Shown in pieces: positions 48,898 through 61,700 of a DNA stretch of 64,000 nucleotides (position 1 is the first letter of the stretch; each line of letters starts with the position of its first letter). The stretch covers positions 479 through 64,478 of the forward strand of contig CAZNGS010000005.1 of assembly GCA_964572825.1 (NCBI GenBank), read 5' to 3'. The translations under genes and the position numbers were made by a program. The DNA comes from an uncultured candidatus Brocadiaceae bacterium. GTDB taxonomy: Bacteria; Planctomycetota; Brocadiia; SM23-32. The notes beneath the pieces are model-generated. The model searched no databases. It saw nothing but the letters and a program-made list of their open reading frames with translations, and had not been told where the DNA came from.

Positions 48898-49347
48898 TCA
48901 GGGCTTGATGAAGCGCATGCGGTAGCCGGCTTCCTTGAACCAGTTGAAGCGCTCACGGGCGGCCTTTTTCAGCTCTTCGTCGTAGATCGGGGCGAAATCG
49001 TAGACATGGGGGAAGCGCCCGAGCCAGGGCGCCGTGCCTCCGGCGGAAGCGATGAACAGCACGTCGGAGGCCGGCTCGCCCGGCTCAGCGGTGAAGATGA
49101 TGACCGGCTCAATGAGGGGTTCGCCCGCCTGCTCCCACTGCACGTGCGGCACAAACGAGTCCTGCCGGAACGTCCAGAGCGCGTCGTCGATCTGCCCGGC
49201 CTCCTCCGGGTCAGGTGCATAGACCGCCACCGTCATGCCGTTGCGGTAACACCGGGCGATGCGGTCGCACAGGAGGTCGAGCTTCTGCTGGGGCGAACGC
49301 AGCTCGATGAACTCGGCGACTTTTTCCTTCTCTTCGGTCTCCGGCAT
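48898..49347 (-). CDS. holC: DNA polymerase III subunit chi
   Basis: 149-aa product with the chi hallmark DDALWTF...SFVPH. A longer ORF open to 49731 is Pro/Gly/Arg junk upstream of MPETEEK. Confidence 0.7.
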   Translation of the reverse strand: MPETEEKEKVAEFIELRSPQQKLDLLCDRIARCYRNGMTVAVYAPDPEEAGQIDDALWTFRQDSFVPHVQWEQAGEPLIEPVIIFTAEPGEPASDVLFIASAGGTAPWLGRFPHVYDFAPIYDEELKKAARERFNWFKEAGYRMRFIKP

Positions 49348-49388
49348 GACGGGCTCCGCAACGGTAGGGCGCGCCCCGCGCCCAGGCG

Positions 49389-49958
49389 CTATCTGGCGCT
49401 TTCGATCAGGGTCATGGCCTCCGCCCGGGTGGCGGGGTTGTCCCGGAACAGGCCCGTCACCACGCTGGTCACGGTCAGGGATCCCGGTTTCTTGATGCCG
49501 CGCATGGTCATGCACAGGTGCTCCGCCTGCACCACCACCATCACGCCCTTGGGGTTGAGCGTCTCGCTCAGGCTTCGTCCGATGTCGGCGGTCATGCGCT
49601 CCTGGACCTGGAGCCGCCGGGTGTGCATGTCCACCACCCGGGCCAGTTTGCTCAGTCCCGTGATGCGGCCGGCCTTCGGGATGTATGCCACGTGGGCGTG
49701 CCCGTGGAAGGGCAGCAGATGGTGCTCGCACATGGAGTAGAAAGGGATGTCCCGCACCAGGACCATCTCGTCGTATTTTTCCTCGCGGAAGACCTTTACC
49801 AGCTCGTCCGCCGACTTGGTGACGCCGCCGAATATCTCGCAGTAGGCGTCCGCCACGCGCCGCGGCGTCTCGGCGATGCTGCCGGCGGTCGGGTCCCGTC
49901 CCAGCCCCTCCAGGATGAGCCGAACGCCTTCCTCGATCTTGTGGCGGTCGATCGGCAA
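49389..49958 (-). CDS. folE: GTP cyclohydrolase I
   Basis: FolE motifs SMCEHHLLPF and VQERMT. Confidence 0.95.
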   Translation of the reverse strand: MPIDRHKIEEGVRLILEGLGRDPTAGSIAETPRRVADAYCEIFGGVTKSADELVKVFREEKYDEMVLVRDIPFYSMCEHHLLPFHGHAHVAYIPKAGRITGLSKLARVVDMHTRRLQVQERMTADIGRSLSETLNPKGVMVVVQAEHLCMTMRGIKKPGSLTVTSVVTGLFRDNPATRAEAMTLIESAR

Positions 49959-49985
49959 TGTCGCCTCCTGCGTGGGACGGGCAGC

Positions 49986-50741
49986 CTATCTACGGTCCGA
50001 CCTGGCGTCTTCGCCGGGCGTTTCCGCGCGGTAGATCACGTCCTTCATCGCGCGCACTGCCTCGCGCAGGCCCACGAAAACGGCGCGCGCCACGATGCTG
50101 TGGCCGATGTGCAGTTCGCAGGGCCGAACGTGGCGCACCACCTCGGCGACGTTCCGGTAGGTCAGCCCGTGGCCCGCGTTCACGGTCAGGCCGCGCCGGC
50201 GTCCTCGTTCGGCCCCCCGTCGGAGCTCCTGCAGGCACAGCTCACGCTCCCGGGCCGTCCCGGCGTTGGCGTACCGTCCGGTGTGCAGCTCGATGAAGGT
50301 GGCGCCGAGTTCCGCCGCGCGGTCGATCTGCTCGTCTTCGGCGTCCAAAAACAGGCTCACGGGAATGTCCGCCTCCGTGAAGCTGGCGATGGCTTTCTGG
50401 ACCCTCTCGCTCTGTCCGACGATGTCCAGGCCGCCCTCGGTGGTGACTTCGCGGCGATTCTCGGGCACCAGCGTCACCATGTCCGGCCCGGTGTCCAGGG
50501 CGAACCGGACGATCTCCTCGGCCAGGGACATCTCCAGGTTCAGCTCGACCGACGCGGTCTCCCTCAGCAGGCGAACGTCGCGATCATTGATATGCCGGCG
50601 GTCCTGGCGCAGATGCACGGTGATGATATCGGCGCCGCCCAGCTCGGCCTCCGCCGCTGCCCAGACCGGGTCCGGCTCGTAGGTCTTCCGCGCTTCGCGG
50701 ACGGTCGCCACGTGGTCTACGTTGACTCCCAGCAGGGCCAT
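49986..50741 (-). CDS. pdxJ: pyridoxine 5'-phosphate synthase
   Basis: MALLGVNVDHVATVREAR N-terminus and TIM-barrel PdxJ motifs. Confidence 0.95.
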   Translation of the reverse strand: MALLGVNVDHVATVREARKTYEPDPVWAAAEAELGGADIITVHLRQDRRHINDRDVRLLRETASVELNLEMSLAEEIVRFALDTGPDMVTLVPENRREVTTEGGLDIVGQSERVQKAIASFTEADIPVSLFLDAEDEQIDRAAELGATFIELHTGRYANAGTARERELCLQELRRGAERGRRRGLTVNAGHGLTYRNVAEVVRHVRPCELHIGHSIVARAVFVGLREAVRAMKDVIYRAETPGEDARSDRR

Positions 50742-50790
50742 GGCCAGATCTCCCCGGGTTGTGGACTGTTGCGCAACGGGGTATTGTCGG

Positions 50791-51837
50791 TCATTCGGCT
50801 GGATTCTTCAAGACGATGGTGATGCGCTCCGGGGTCACGCGGAACTCGCAGTCCGCCAGCTCCGGGGGCCGGCTGATCCTGACCAGTTCCTGGTAGCGAC
50901 CCTCGGCTCCGGGCTGGATGGGCTCGTCGGGCAGTTTTCGCAGGTCAACGTAGGCCAGGACGTCTGCGGGGGAGAGTTTTCCGACTTTCTCGCCCGGGCC
51001 GGCGACGGTCACCACGATGTTCTGAACGGGCTCTTCGAGCATCACCTCGTAAGGAAACTTGAATCGCGTCAGAGGGGCGAGCCGCACCCCTTCGAGCGTT
51101 TTCTCCTGCCGGCTTTCACGCGTGACGTTCAGGCGGATGGTCACGTTGGTCTGCTCCAGTCTCAGGCTCACCGTGACCCTCTGTCCATTGGGCAGTTCAA
51201 CTTCCGTTTCACTGATCAGATCGTAGGGCTTACTCACCAGGCCTGCCTGCACGTTCCAGACGGGTATGGGCTCGGTGGCAATGCTCTCCAGCCGGTTGAC
51301 GGCCGCGGCGGGGCCGCTCACTTCGATCTGGGGCGGCACGGCAGTGACCGGTTCCTCCAGCCGCAGGCCGGGCGGAGGGGTGCCCCTTATGTCGGGTTCG
51401 ACCGGAAGCACCTTCTGCTGCGCCGGGCTCACGAAGACCTGCACGTTCTCCGGCTGGATGCTGGTGAACTTCAGTTGGACCAGGTCACGCTGCGGCAGGG
51501 GCAATTGCAGCCACTCGGGCGTCACGGACAGCGTAGCCCAGCCCCCCTCCACCTCGTCCTCCGCAAGCCGCTTGGTAAGGCCGGGCGGACTGGCCACGGT
51601 TTCCGAGCGCAGTCGGGAGATCAGGAATTCCGGCCCCTCCAGACGGGCGCGGGCGGTCTCCCGGCTCTGGTAGACCAGTGCGTAACCGGGCGGAGGAACG
51701 ACCTTGAGCGCCATCTCCAGGGGCAGCTCACGGGTCACCTGTCCCTTGGCGTAGAACCAGATCGCCAGCGCGATGACCAGCGCCAGCAGCTTTGTGCGGA
51801 AATGCCCGAAAAGGAGCTGGAACAGTTTACTGAACAT
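50791..51837 (-). CDS. cdaR: YbbR-domain c-di-AMP cyclase regulator
   Basis: N-terminal TM anchor followed by repeated YbbR-like beta domains. Immediately downstream of cdaA. Confidence 0.75.
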   Translation of the reverse strand: MFSKLFQLLFGHFRTKLLALVIALAIWFYAKGQVTRELPLEMALKVVPPPGYALVYQSRETARARLEGPEFLISRLRSETVASPPGLTKRLAEDEVEGGWATLSVTPEWLQLPLPQRDLVQLKFTSIQPENVQVFVSPAQQKVLPVEPDIRGTPPPGLRLEEPVTAVPPQIEVSGPAAAVNRLESIATEPIPVWNVQAGLVSKPYDLISETEVELPNGQRVTVSLRLEQTNVTIRLNVTRESRQEKTLEGVRLAPLTRFKFPYEVMLEEPVQNIVVTVAGPGEKVGKLSPADVLAYVDLRKLPDEPIQPGAEGRYQELVRISRPPELADCEFRVTPERITIVLKNPAE

Positions 51838-51843
51838 GCCACG

Positions 51844-52647
51844 TTACTCCTTTTCCTCGGTTTCGGCGGCCAGTTCTTCCAGTGCCTGCCGCAATGTCTT
51901 CTCGTCCAGGTCCCGTTGCAGCGTGCCACCCACCGCCAGGGATACCTTGCCGGTCTGCTCGCTGATGATGATGGCCGCGGCATCGGATTCCTCGGTGACC
52001 CCTATACCGGCCCGGTGTCGGGTGCCCAGCTCACGGGAGAACTGGGGGCTGTCGGTCAACGGCAGCAGGCAGCCGGCCGCCACGATCCTTTGCTGGCGTA
52101 TCACGATGGCTCCGTCGTGCAGGGGGGTGCCGGGCCAGAAAATGGTCTTGATCAGCTCGGCGGACACGGTGGCGTCCAGCCGGACTCCGCCCTCCACGTA
52201 ACCGCGCAGTCCCACCTCCCGTTCGATGGCGATCAACCCGCCCACGCGGTCGCGTGCCAGGCTGAAGGTGGCGCGCACCAGCTCCTCGGTGAAGCCGCGG
52301 TAGGGCCGGAAGAACCTGCGGAACAGGGGGTTCTGCCCCAGTTGGATCAGGGCCCGCCGCAGCTCCGGCTGAAAGATGATGAACAGCGGCACCAGCGCCA
52401 CCGGTCCCAGGCCCGATATCACCCAGCTCAGGGTCTCCAGGTAACGGGAGACGAATATGCTGACCACCGCCAGAACTCCCAGCAGCAGCACCAGGCCCTT
52501 CAGTATGCCCGCTCCGCGCGTCCCCTCCATGATCCGAAGGAAGGCATAGACGAAAAGGAAGATGACCCCCACCTCCACGGCGGCTTCCAGGAACACCAGG
52601 TACCGCACGCTGAACCACTCACCGATTTGGGACAGGAGCTCAGCCAT
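51844..52647 (-). CDS. cdaA: diadenylate cyclase (membrane-anchored, CdaA type)
   Basis: Three N-terminal TM helices. DAC-domain motifs LHDGAIVI (DGA) and GTRHRAGIG (RHR). Confidence 0.9.
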   Translation of the reverse strand: MAELLSQIGEWFSVRYLVFLEAAVEVGVIFLFVYAFLRIMEGTRGAGILKGLVLLLGVLAVVSIFVSRYLETLSWVISGLGPVALVPLFIIFQPELRRALIQLGQNPLFRRFFRPYRGFTEELVRATFSLARDRVGGLIAIEREVGLRGYVEGGVRLDATVSAELIKTIFWPGTPLHDGAIVIRQQRIVAAGCLLPLTDSPQFSRELGTRHRAGIGVTEESDAAAIIISEQTGKVSLAVGGTLQRDLDEKTLRQALEELAAETEEKE

Positions 52648-53548
52648 TCTCGAAGTCTATCCCCCGGCGAATTGCCTCGCAGACCTGCATGACTTCCCGG
52701 GCCGGGCGAACGTCGTGAACCCGCACCACGTGGCACCCCGCCAGCGCCGCGCAGGCCAGCGTGGCCAGCGTGCCGAACAGTCGTTCCTCCACCGGCAGGT
52801 CCAGGATCATCCCCAGCATGGACTTGCGGCTGGTTCCCACCATGAGTGGCCTTCCCAGGCTGTGAAACTCGTGCAGACGCCGCAGCAGTTCCAGGTTGTG
52901 CCCCAGGGCCTTGCCGAACCCGAATCCCGGGTCCACGATCAGCTTCTCCTTTCCGATGCCGGCCTCGAGGGCGCAATCCATCCGCTGCCGCAGCCAGCCG
53001 ATCACGGCGCACACCACCTCCTCGTACGTGGGGTCCCGCTGCATGGTCCTGGGTGTTCCCTGCATGTGCATCAGGACTACCGGCGCCCCTCGGTCCGCGG
53101 CCAGGGCGGCCATGTCCGGGTCGGTGCGCAATGCGGACACGTCGTTTATCAGCTCCGCCCCGGCGTCCAGGGCCGGCTCCGCCACGGCGGATTTCTGCGT
53201 GTCGATACTGACGGGAACGTCCACCTGGCCGACGAGTTCCCGAATAACGGGCAGGGTTCGGTCGATCTCCTCCTGCACGGACACCGGCTCGCTGCCGGGC
53301 CGTGTGCTCTCCCCGCCCACGTCGATGATGTCCGCCCCCTCCGCGCACATCGCGCGGGCGTGCTCGACGGCCGCGCGATGGGTGTAGAACCGTCCGCCAT
53401 CGCTGAAGGAGTCCGGGGTGACGTTCAGCACTCCCATGACCAGCGGCCGGGCCTCGGTGTCCAGCGTGCGGCCGGACGGCAGTTCCAGCCGAAAATAGGG
53501 CCGCTCGGGCCATGGGCTGCCGTCCCCATAACTGCTGGTTTGTGCCAT
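52640..53548 (-). CDS. folP: dihydropteroate synthase
   Basis: Pterin-binding TIM-barrel motifs (GVLNVTPDSFSDGG, DIIDVGGESTRPG). The ORF is open to 53566. Its 3' end overlaps the cdaA start by 8 nt. Confidence 0.9.
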   Translation of the reverse strand: MAQTSSYGDGSPWPERPYFRLELPSGRTLDTEARPLVMGVLNVTPDSFSDGGRFYTHRAAVEHARAMCAEGADIIDVGGESTRPGSEPVSVQEEIDRTLPVIRELVGQVDVPVSIDTQKSAVAEPALDAGAELINDVSALRTDPDMAALAADRGAPVVLMHMQGTPRTMQRDPTYEEVVCAVIGWLRQRMDCALEAGIGKEKLIVDPGFGFGKALGHNLELLRRLHEFHSLGRPLMVGTSRKSMLGMILDLPVEERLFGTLATLACAALAGCHVVRVHDVRPAREVMQVCEAIRRGIDFENG

Positions 53549-53651
53549 GATGCGTTCCCGATACAAGCGAGTGAGAACCGCACCAGGGAATCTAAATCAC
53601 TGCGCTGCCGATTGCAAGGGTTTCACGCCTGTTCGGCGCCGCAGGGCGTGC

Positions 53652-55247
53652 TCAAAGCGCCGGCAGTTCCACCGCATCCTGCGTGCGCTTCTGCCAGCGC
53701 CGGAGCCGTTCTGCCAGCCTCCGCATGAGCGGGCGTTTGCCCTGCCGGACCGCCAGGTTCGTTGTCTCGCCGGGGTCCTGCTGGAGATTGTAGAGTTCGT
53801 GTTCTCCGTAAGCGTTCCAGTTCAGCTTCCAGCCGTCCGGCGTGATGACGGTGCGGACGGGCGCCGAGGCCGATGCGGCCAGCTCCTGGCGGGTCCCCAG
53901 GGAGGCAAACGGTTCGGGCAACTGCTCGGGATTCCGGCTGAGGATCCGCCCGGCCCCGCTGGCGTTGCTGCCGTTCCACTCGATGAAGACATCCTCTTCG
54001 GGCGGCGGCTCTGCGGCTTCGACGGATTCACGCAGGCTGAAGCCCTGCAGGTGCTCCGGGACCGGCTGTCCCATCAGGTCCAGCAGCGTGGGAACCAGGT
54101 CCACCTGGCTGACCGGATGGGCATATCGTGCAGGCGACGATCCTCCGGGCAGGCGCATCAGCAGCGGCACGCGCACGGCCTCCTCGAACATCACGCATTT
54201 CGCCAGCAGGCCGTGGCTGCCCATCATGTCCCCGTGATCGGAGGTGTAGACCACGATCGTCTCGTCCGTCAACTCGCATTCCGCCAGGGCTGCCAGGATG
54301 CGTCCCACGTAGGTGTCCACCAGGCTGCAGAGTCCCCAGTAATTGGCGATCAGCCGCCGCCAGTCGGCCTCGGTCTTCAGGGGCAGGCCGCTGTGACCGT
54401 ACTCGCGGTAGGCCAGGCGGGCCATGCGGGCCATCAGCGGTTGGCTGGCATCCGGGAACGCCTCGAAGTTCTCCGGCAGCGCGACCTCATCCGGGTCGTG
54501 CTCGTCGTCGCGCGGGCCGAAAAACGGCATGTGCGGCTCCAGGAAGTTGACGAACAGCACAAAGGGCTGCCGGCGGTTCTCGCGGATGAACCGGGTTGCC
54601 TCCCGCGCCAGGAACGCCGGTTTGCTGAACCGTTCCGGCAGGCGGGCCGTCTCGGCGCGCCCGAAGGTATTTCCCTCCGAGGGGGCGAACCCGTTCTCCA
54701 CCAGGAAGTGGTGGTAGCTGGAGCGGGCGCTGCGATCCCGCCTCGGGCTGTAGTAGCCCCGGTACATGTCTTCAATGCTGCGCCATTGCTGGAAGCCATG
54801 CTGGGCGAATACCTCGTCTCCCAGGTGCCACTTGCCGTGGTAGGCCGTGGCGTAATCGTCGTGCAGCATCTCCGGCAGACAGCGGACGTCCGGCGGCAGT
54901 GGCACGTTGTTGGCGGTGCACCCGGTGGTGTGGGGGTAGAGGCCGGTCAGAAGCGTTGAGCGGGACGGGGTGCACACGGGCTGCGTGACGTAGGCGCGGT
55001 CGAAGACGACGCTCTCCCCCGCCAGTCGGTTCAGGTTGGGCGTCCGGATGCGGTGGTTTCCGTACGCGCCCATCGTGTCGTAGCGTTGCTCATCGGTGAA
55101 AAGAAACAGCAGGTTCGGGGGTCTCACGTCGGCCTCCTCTCCGGGAAAATCCGTCCACGCCCGTGGGGAGCTACGATAGAGGCGCGCGCCGAAACTGTCA
55201 ACCTGCGCCGTCCCCTCCGGCTTGTCGATTGGGGGAGTTTCTGGCAT
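53652..55247 (-). CDS. sulfatase (formylglycine-dependent)
   Basis: C-x-P-x-R signature CTPSRSTLLTG and HGKWH motif. No signal peptide is evident at the N-terminus. Confidence 0.85.
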   Translation of the reverse strand: MPETPPIDKPEGTAQVDSFGARLYRSSPRAWTDFPGEEADVRPPNLLFLFTDEQRYDTMGAYGNHRIRTPNLNRLAGESVVFDRAYVTQPVCTPSRSTLLTGLYPHTTGCTANNVPLPPDVRCLPEMLHDDYATAYHGKWHLGDEVFAQHGFQQWRSIEDMYRGYYSPRRDRSARSSYHHFLVENGFAPSEGNTFGRAETARLPERFSKPAFLAREATRFIRENRRQPFVLFVNFLEPHMPFFGPRDDEHDPDEVALPENFEAFPDASQPLMARMARLAYREYGHSGLPLKTEADWRRLIANYWGLCSLVDTYVGRILAALAECELTDETIVVYTSDHGDMMGSHGLLAKCVMFEEAVRVPLLMRLPGGSSPARYAHPVSQVDLVPTLLDLMGQPVPEHLQGFSLRESVEAAEPPPEEDVFIEWNGSNASGAGRILSRNPEQLPEPFASLGTRQELAASASAPVRTVITPDGWKLNWNAYGEHELYNLQQDPGETTNLAVRQGKRPLMRRLAERLRRWQKRTQDAVELPAL

Positions 55248-55285
55248 ATTCTATGTGTGCCGACCCATCCGCCGGAGGTCTCCAT

Positions 55286-57859
<2,574 letters not shown>

Positions 57860-57955
57860 CGGTTCGGCGCGCCGCTTCGACCGTATCCTCAACGGCCTCC
57901 TTCAGCACTATTGGCACCCCTGCACCCTATGCCGTCCCCACAGGTGAGCGCGGCC

Positions 57956-58657
57956 ATGAAGGTATTCGCCATCGGTGACCTGCATCTCTCCCTTTCGGGC
58001 GAGAAACCCATGGACGTCTTCGGCCCGGAATGGGAGAGCCACGCGGAACTGCTGGAGCGGAACTGGCGCGGCTGCGTGGGTGCCGACGACCTGGTGCTGC
58101 TGTGTGGGGACCTGAGCTGGGCGATGAGCCTTGAGGAGGCACGTCCGGCCCTCGATTTCATCAACTCGTTGCCCGGGGTCAAGTACTTCATCCGGGGTAA
58201 CCACGATTACTGGTGCACGCGCCCGGGCCGGGTGCGGGAGAGCCTGGGTCCATCCATGCACCTGGTGAGGTTCGACGCGGACGTGTACCGGGGGGTGGGC
58301 ATCTGCGGGGTGCGGGGCTGGCTCATGCCGGGCCACCCCGAGTATGAGCCGGAGCGTGATGACCGGCACTGGCGCCGCGCCCGTCTCCGGCTGCAACTCT
58401 CCCTGGACGCGCTTCAAGCGCTGGATTGGGACGTGGCGGCGGCCATGTTCCACTATCCGCCTTGTGACGCCGAACACAGCACGGACCTGTGCCGCATGAT
58501 CGCCCGGGGCGGGGTGCGCCATTGTGTGTACGGTCATCTCCATGGGGAGGACGCGCGAGGGGCCTTCGAGGGAGAGCGGGACGGGGTGCGGATTCGTTGC
58601 GTCAGTGCGGACCACGTCGGCTTTTGCCCCCTGCTTCTGTTCCGCCGTCCGGAGTGA
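57956..58657 (+). CDS. metallophosphoesterase (calcineurin-like)
   Basis: GDLH, GDL and GNHD metal-binding motifs. Confidence 0.8.
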   Translation: MKVFAIGDLHLSLSGEKPMDVFGPEWESHAELLERNWRGCVGADDLVLLCGDLSWAMSLEEARPALDFINSLPGVKYFIRGNHDYWCTRPGRVRESLGPSMHLVRFDADVYRGVGICGVRGWLMPGHPEYEPERDDRHWRRARLRLQLSLDALQALDWDVAAAMFHYPPCDAEHSTDLCRMIARGGVRHCVYGHLHGEDARGAFEGERDGVRIRCVSADHVGFCPLLLFRRPE

Positions 58658-58666
58658 AAGGGCTTC

Positions 58667-58695
58667 TTTCATCCCCTTACCGTGTGGATTATAAT
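58667..58695 (+). promoter_or_regulatory. promoter candidate with consensus -10 TATAAT (weak -35 TTTCAT, 17-nt spacer)
   Basis: tttcatccccttaccgtgtggattataat lies about 90 nt upstream of ATG 58786. A GTCCGC-gacc-GCGGAC hairpin sits in the leader. Confidence 0.3.
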
Positions 58696-58785
58696 AGTGG
58701 TAGGCGGGTATCAGGAGCGGTCCGCAGTCCGCGACCGCGGACGGCGGTGCGCGGGCAGGCGGCAGTCCCCCCGGAGGGGTTAAAG

Positions 58786-61700
58786 ATGGCCACGAGCGAA
58801 TCCCCGGAACAACCACGGGACTTCGTCCTGGACAGGATCGATTCCATCCGCCGGTCCGCGACTTTCTGGCGGATGGGATGGGGGTACCTCTGGACCGTGC
58901 TGCTGGTGGTGGGGCTGGTCTTTCTGGGTGTTCTGCTGGATCACCTGTTCGTGTTGCAGCGGGGGGCCCGCATGGCCTTTCTGCAGGCCTTTCTGTTCGC
59001 ATGCGGCGGGGGGTTGCTTGCCGCCACGCTTTACCCGGTGCTCAGGAATCTGGGACGTCTCTACGTGGCGCGCCGGATCGAGCAGCGCGAGCCGGAGCTG
59101 GGCAACGCCCTGATTAGCTACCTGCAGGTGCGCCGGGACCCCCGTGTGCCCACGGAGGTGAAGCGTTTGCTGGCCCGCAAGGCGCAGGGCCACGTCCGCT
59201 CGGCAGACACGGGCGTGGCCGTGGATTTCTCGCCTTTCGTGCGGATGGTCGCCGTTGTGTCGGCCGTCATCATCATCTTCGTGGTCTATGCCGTTTTCTC
59301 TCCCAAGAGCACGCCGGTCAGCATGGCCCGACTGTTCCGGCCGAAGGCGGACATCCTGCCTCCCACCGCCACCCGCCTGACGAACATCGAGCCGGGCGAT
59401 ATGTACGTAATCGAGGGGGACAGACCCACCCTTGAGGTCAGGGTGGATGGTGCAAGGCCGGCGAGCGTTTACGCCGTCTGGGACGGGCAGAGCTTCCAGG
59501 GACGCACCCTTTTGCTCTCCAGTTCGGAGTCCGGATTGTGGCGGACGGTTTTCCCTCCCGTACTGGAGGATGGCGGCTACACCGTCCGGGCGGGCGATAC
59601 GCGGAGCGAGCGTCTCGCCATCGAGGTTCTGCCGGAGCCGATCGTGGAGAAGCTGCGCCTCCAGGTGCGCCCGCCCGAATACACCGGCCTGCCGACCGGA
59701 ACGGTCACGGACGGGGACGTGCAGGCCGTCAAGGGCAGCCGGGTCACCGTGCAGGTCTCCACCAATCTCCCCCCGGGCCGGGGCGCCCTGGAGTTCGGGT
59801 CGGGACTGCGCGTCGTGCTGGATGCCGCGCCCGACGCCGCGCAACTGACGGGACAGTTTACGGTGCTACGCTCGGACACCTACCAGGTGCGTTTCCAGAC
59901 GCAGCCGTATCCGGGGGGCAAGACGTTCCAGAACCGCAACCCCTTGCAGTTCACCCTGACCTGCCTGGAAGACAGGGCGCCGCAGGTCCAGCTCCACGGC
60001 CCGGCTGACGGTCTGGCAGTCTCGCCCGAGGATACGGTGCCGCTCGAATACACCGCTTCCGACGATTTTGGCCTGGACCGCGTCGTGCTGCGTTCCTCGG
60101 TGTGGGGGGTCTCCCGTTCGCCGCTTACCGTGGCCGAGAACCCGGGCAGGCGACAGGAGGCCGCAGAATTCAACTGGCACTTGGCCGAACTTGATCTGAC
60201 TGCCGGCCAGGTTGTCACCTACTATCTGGAGGCCGTGGACAGGCACCAACCCGATGCGCAGACAGGGCGCAGCGAGACGCGGCGACTGGTCGTGAGGCGG
60301 GACGAGGATTTGATGGAGGCGCCCGAACCGGAAGAAGGCCAACAGCCTCAAGAAACCCCGCCCGGGCAGGAGCCGCATGCCGCCGAGGAGTCGGTCTCGG
60401 ATGAGGCGGACGAAGCGCGACGGGCCGAGGAGGTGGTCCGGCGCATCCGGGATATGCTGCGGGAACGCGGGGACGCCACGGAAGCGTCGTCCCCTCCGGA
60501 TGAGCGGACGCAGGAATCCGAAGCGCAGGAGGGGCGTCCGGGTGACGAGAGGGCGCCGGGTGAGCCCCGGCAGCAGGGCCTCGAGGGGGAGGGGCCTGAC
60601 CGGGGCCTCGCAGGGGACCGCGAGCGCGGCGATCGGCAGGTCGCCGGTACGGAGTCCCGAGCGGATGGCCGTCGGGAGGGGGCCGGCGAGGCAGAAGGGG
60701 CGCAACGCGCAGGAAGCCAGGATGGACAGGGGGAGGCAGGCTCCGAAGAGGGTTCCGAGCCCCGGCACGAAGGCACGCAGGACACCGGTGCCCCGGAGAG
60801 TCGTGAGGCAGGACAAAGACAGGGGCGCGAGGGCGGCCAGCGGGACGAGGGCGACCGCGCCGGCGGCGGAGCCGACTCCGCAGGGGCCGAGACTCAGCAG
60901 GAGCGCGCCGGGCGCGAGGGAAGTCGGGGTGCCGAGGGGACACCCGAAGGGTCGGATGGCGGCGGTCGGCCGGGGGAGCGGGATCAGCGGTCGGGCTCCA
61001 CCGGAGAGCCGGGCGCCGGGGCGGATGGGCCCGCGGAGGCCGAAGGGTCCGCAGATAGGGGGAGAGAACGGCCGGAAGGCGGCACCGGCGGCCGGCCGGG
61101 ACAAGGCGAGGGGCAGGGCGAGGCGGCATCAGGCGCACAGGAGCAGGGCCAGCAGCCCGCTGCGGAGGGAACCGGGGACGGCCGGGCGCAGCCCGAGGAC
61201 CGAGGGGCCGGTGGCGCTTCGGGAACCGGGGAGGAATCCCCTGATGAGAAGTCCACCGGTTCCGGCGAGGGTCCCGGGCAGCGCGGCGCGGACCCCGAGC
61301 GACGGAGCGAGCGCGGGGACGGCGGCGCGGGAACCTCCGGTGGGCGTGCGGCCGATTCCGCCGGTCAGGGGCAGCGTCCAGAGGCGGCGGACCGCGAGAG
61401 GGGCGCCGGCAGTCCCGGTGCCGCCGGGGAGGGCGGTTTGCCCGGGCAGGGACAGCAGGCCGCAGAGCCGGGTCAGGGAGCGGATGGCTCGGCCGGATCG
61501 CGCGGCGAAGCCGCCGGGGCAGAGTCCGGGTCGGCCGAAGGGGGGACGGCGACACGGCAAGACGCCGGGGGCACGGGAGGTGACGCGGGGCGCGGGTCGA
61601 GCACGGGCGCCGACAGGGGGAGCAGCGGCGCCACCCAATCCGGGCGGGCGGACCGGGGTGGCTCTTCCGGAGACGGGGTCGCCAGACTTCCGGCGGAAGG

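Noticed and set aside
49389-49731. Upstream extension of the holC ORF to 277 aa
   Set aside because: The extension is Pro/Gly/Arg junk and overlaps folE. Chi homology begins at MPETEEK.
60300-61700. Possible CRISPR or tandem-repeat array
   Set aside because: The repeats are imperfect and in-frame coding (Gly/Glu/Arg codons). There are no direct repeats with unique spacers.
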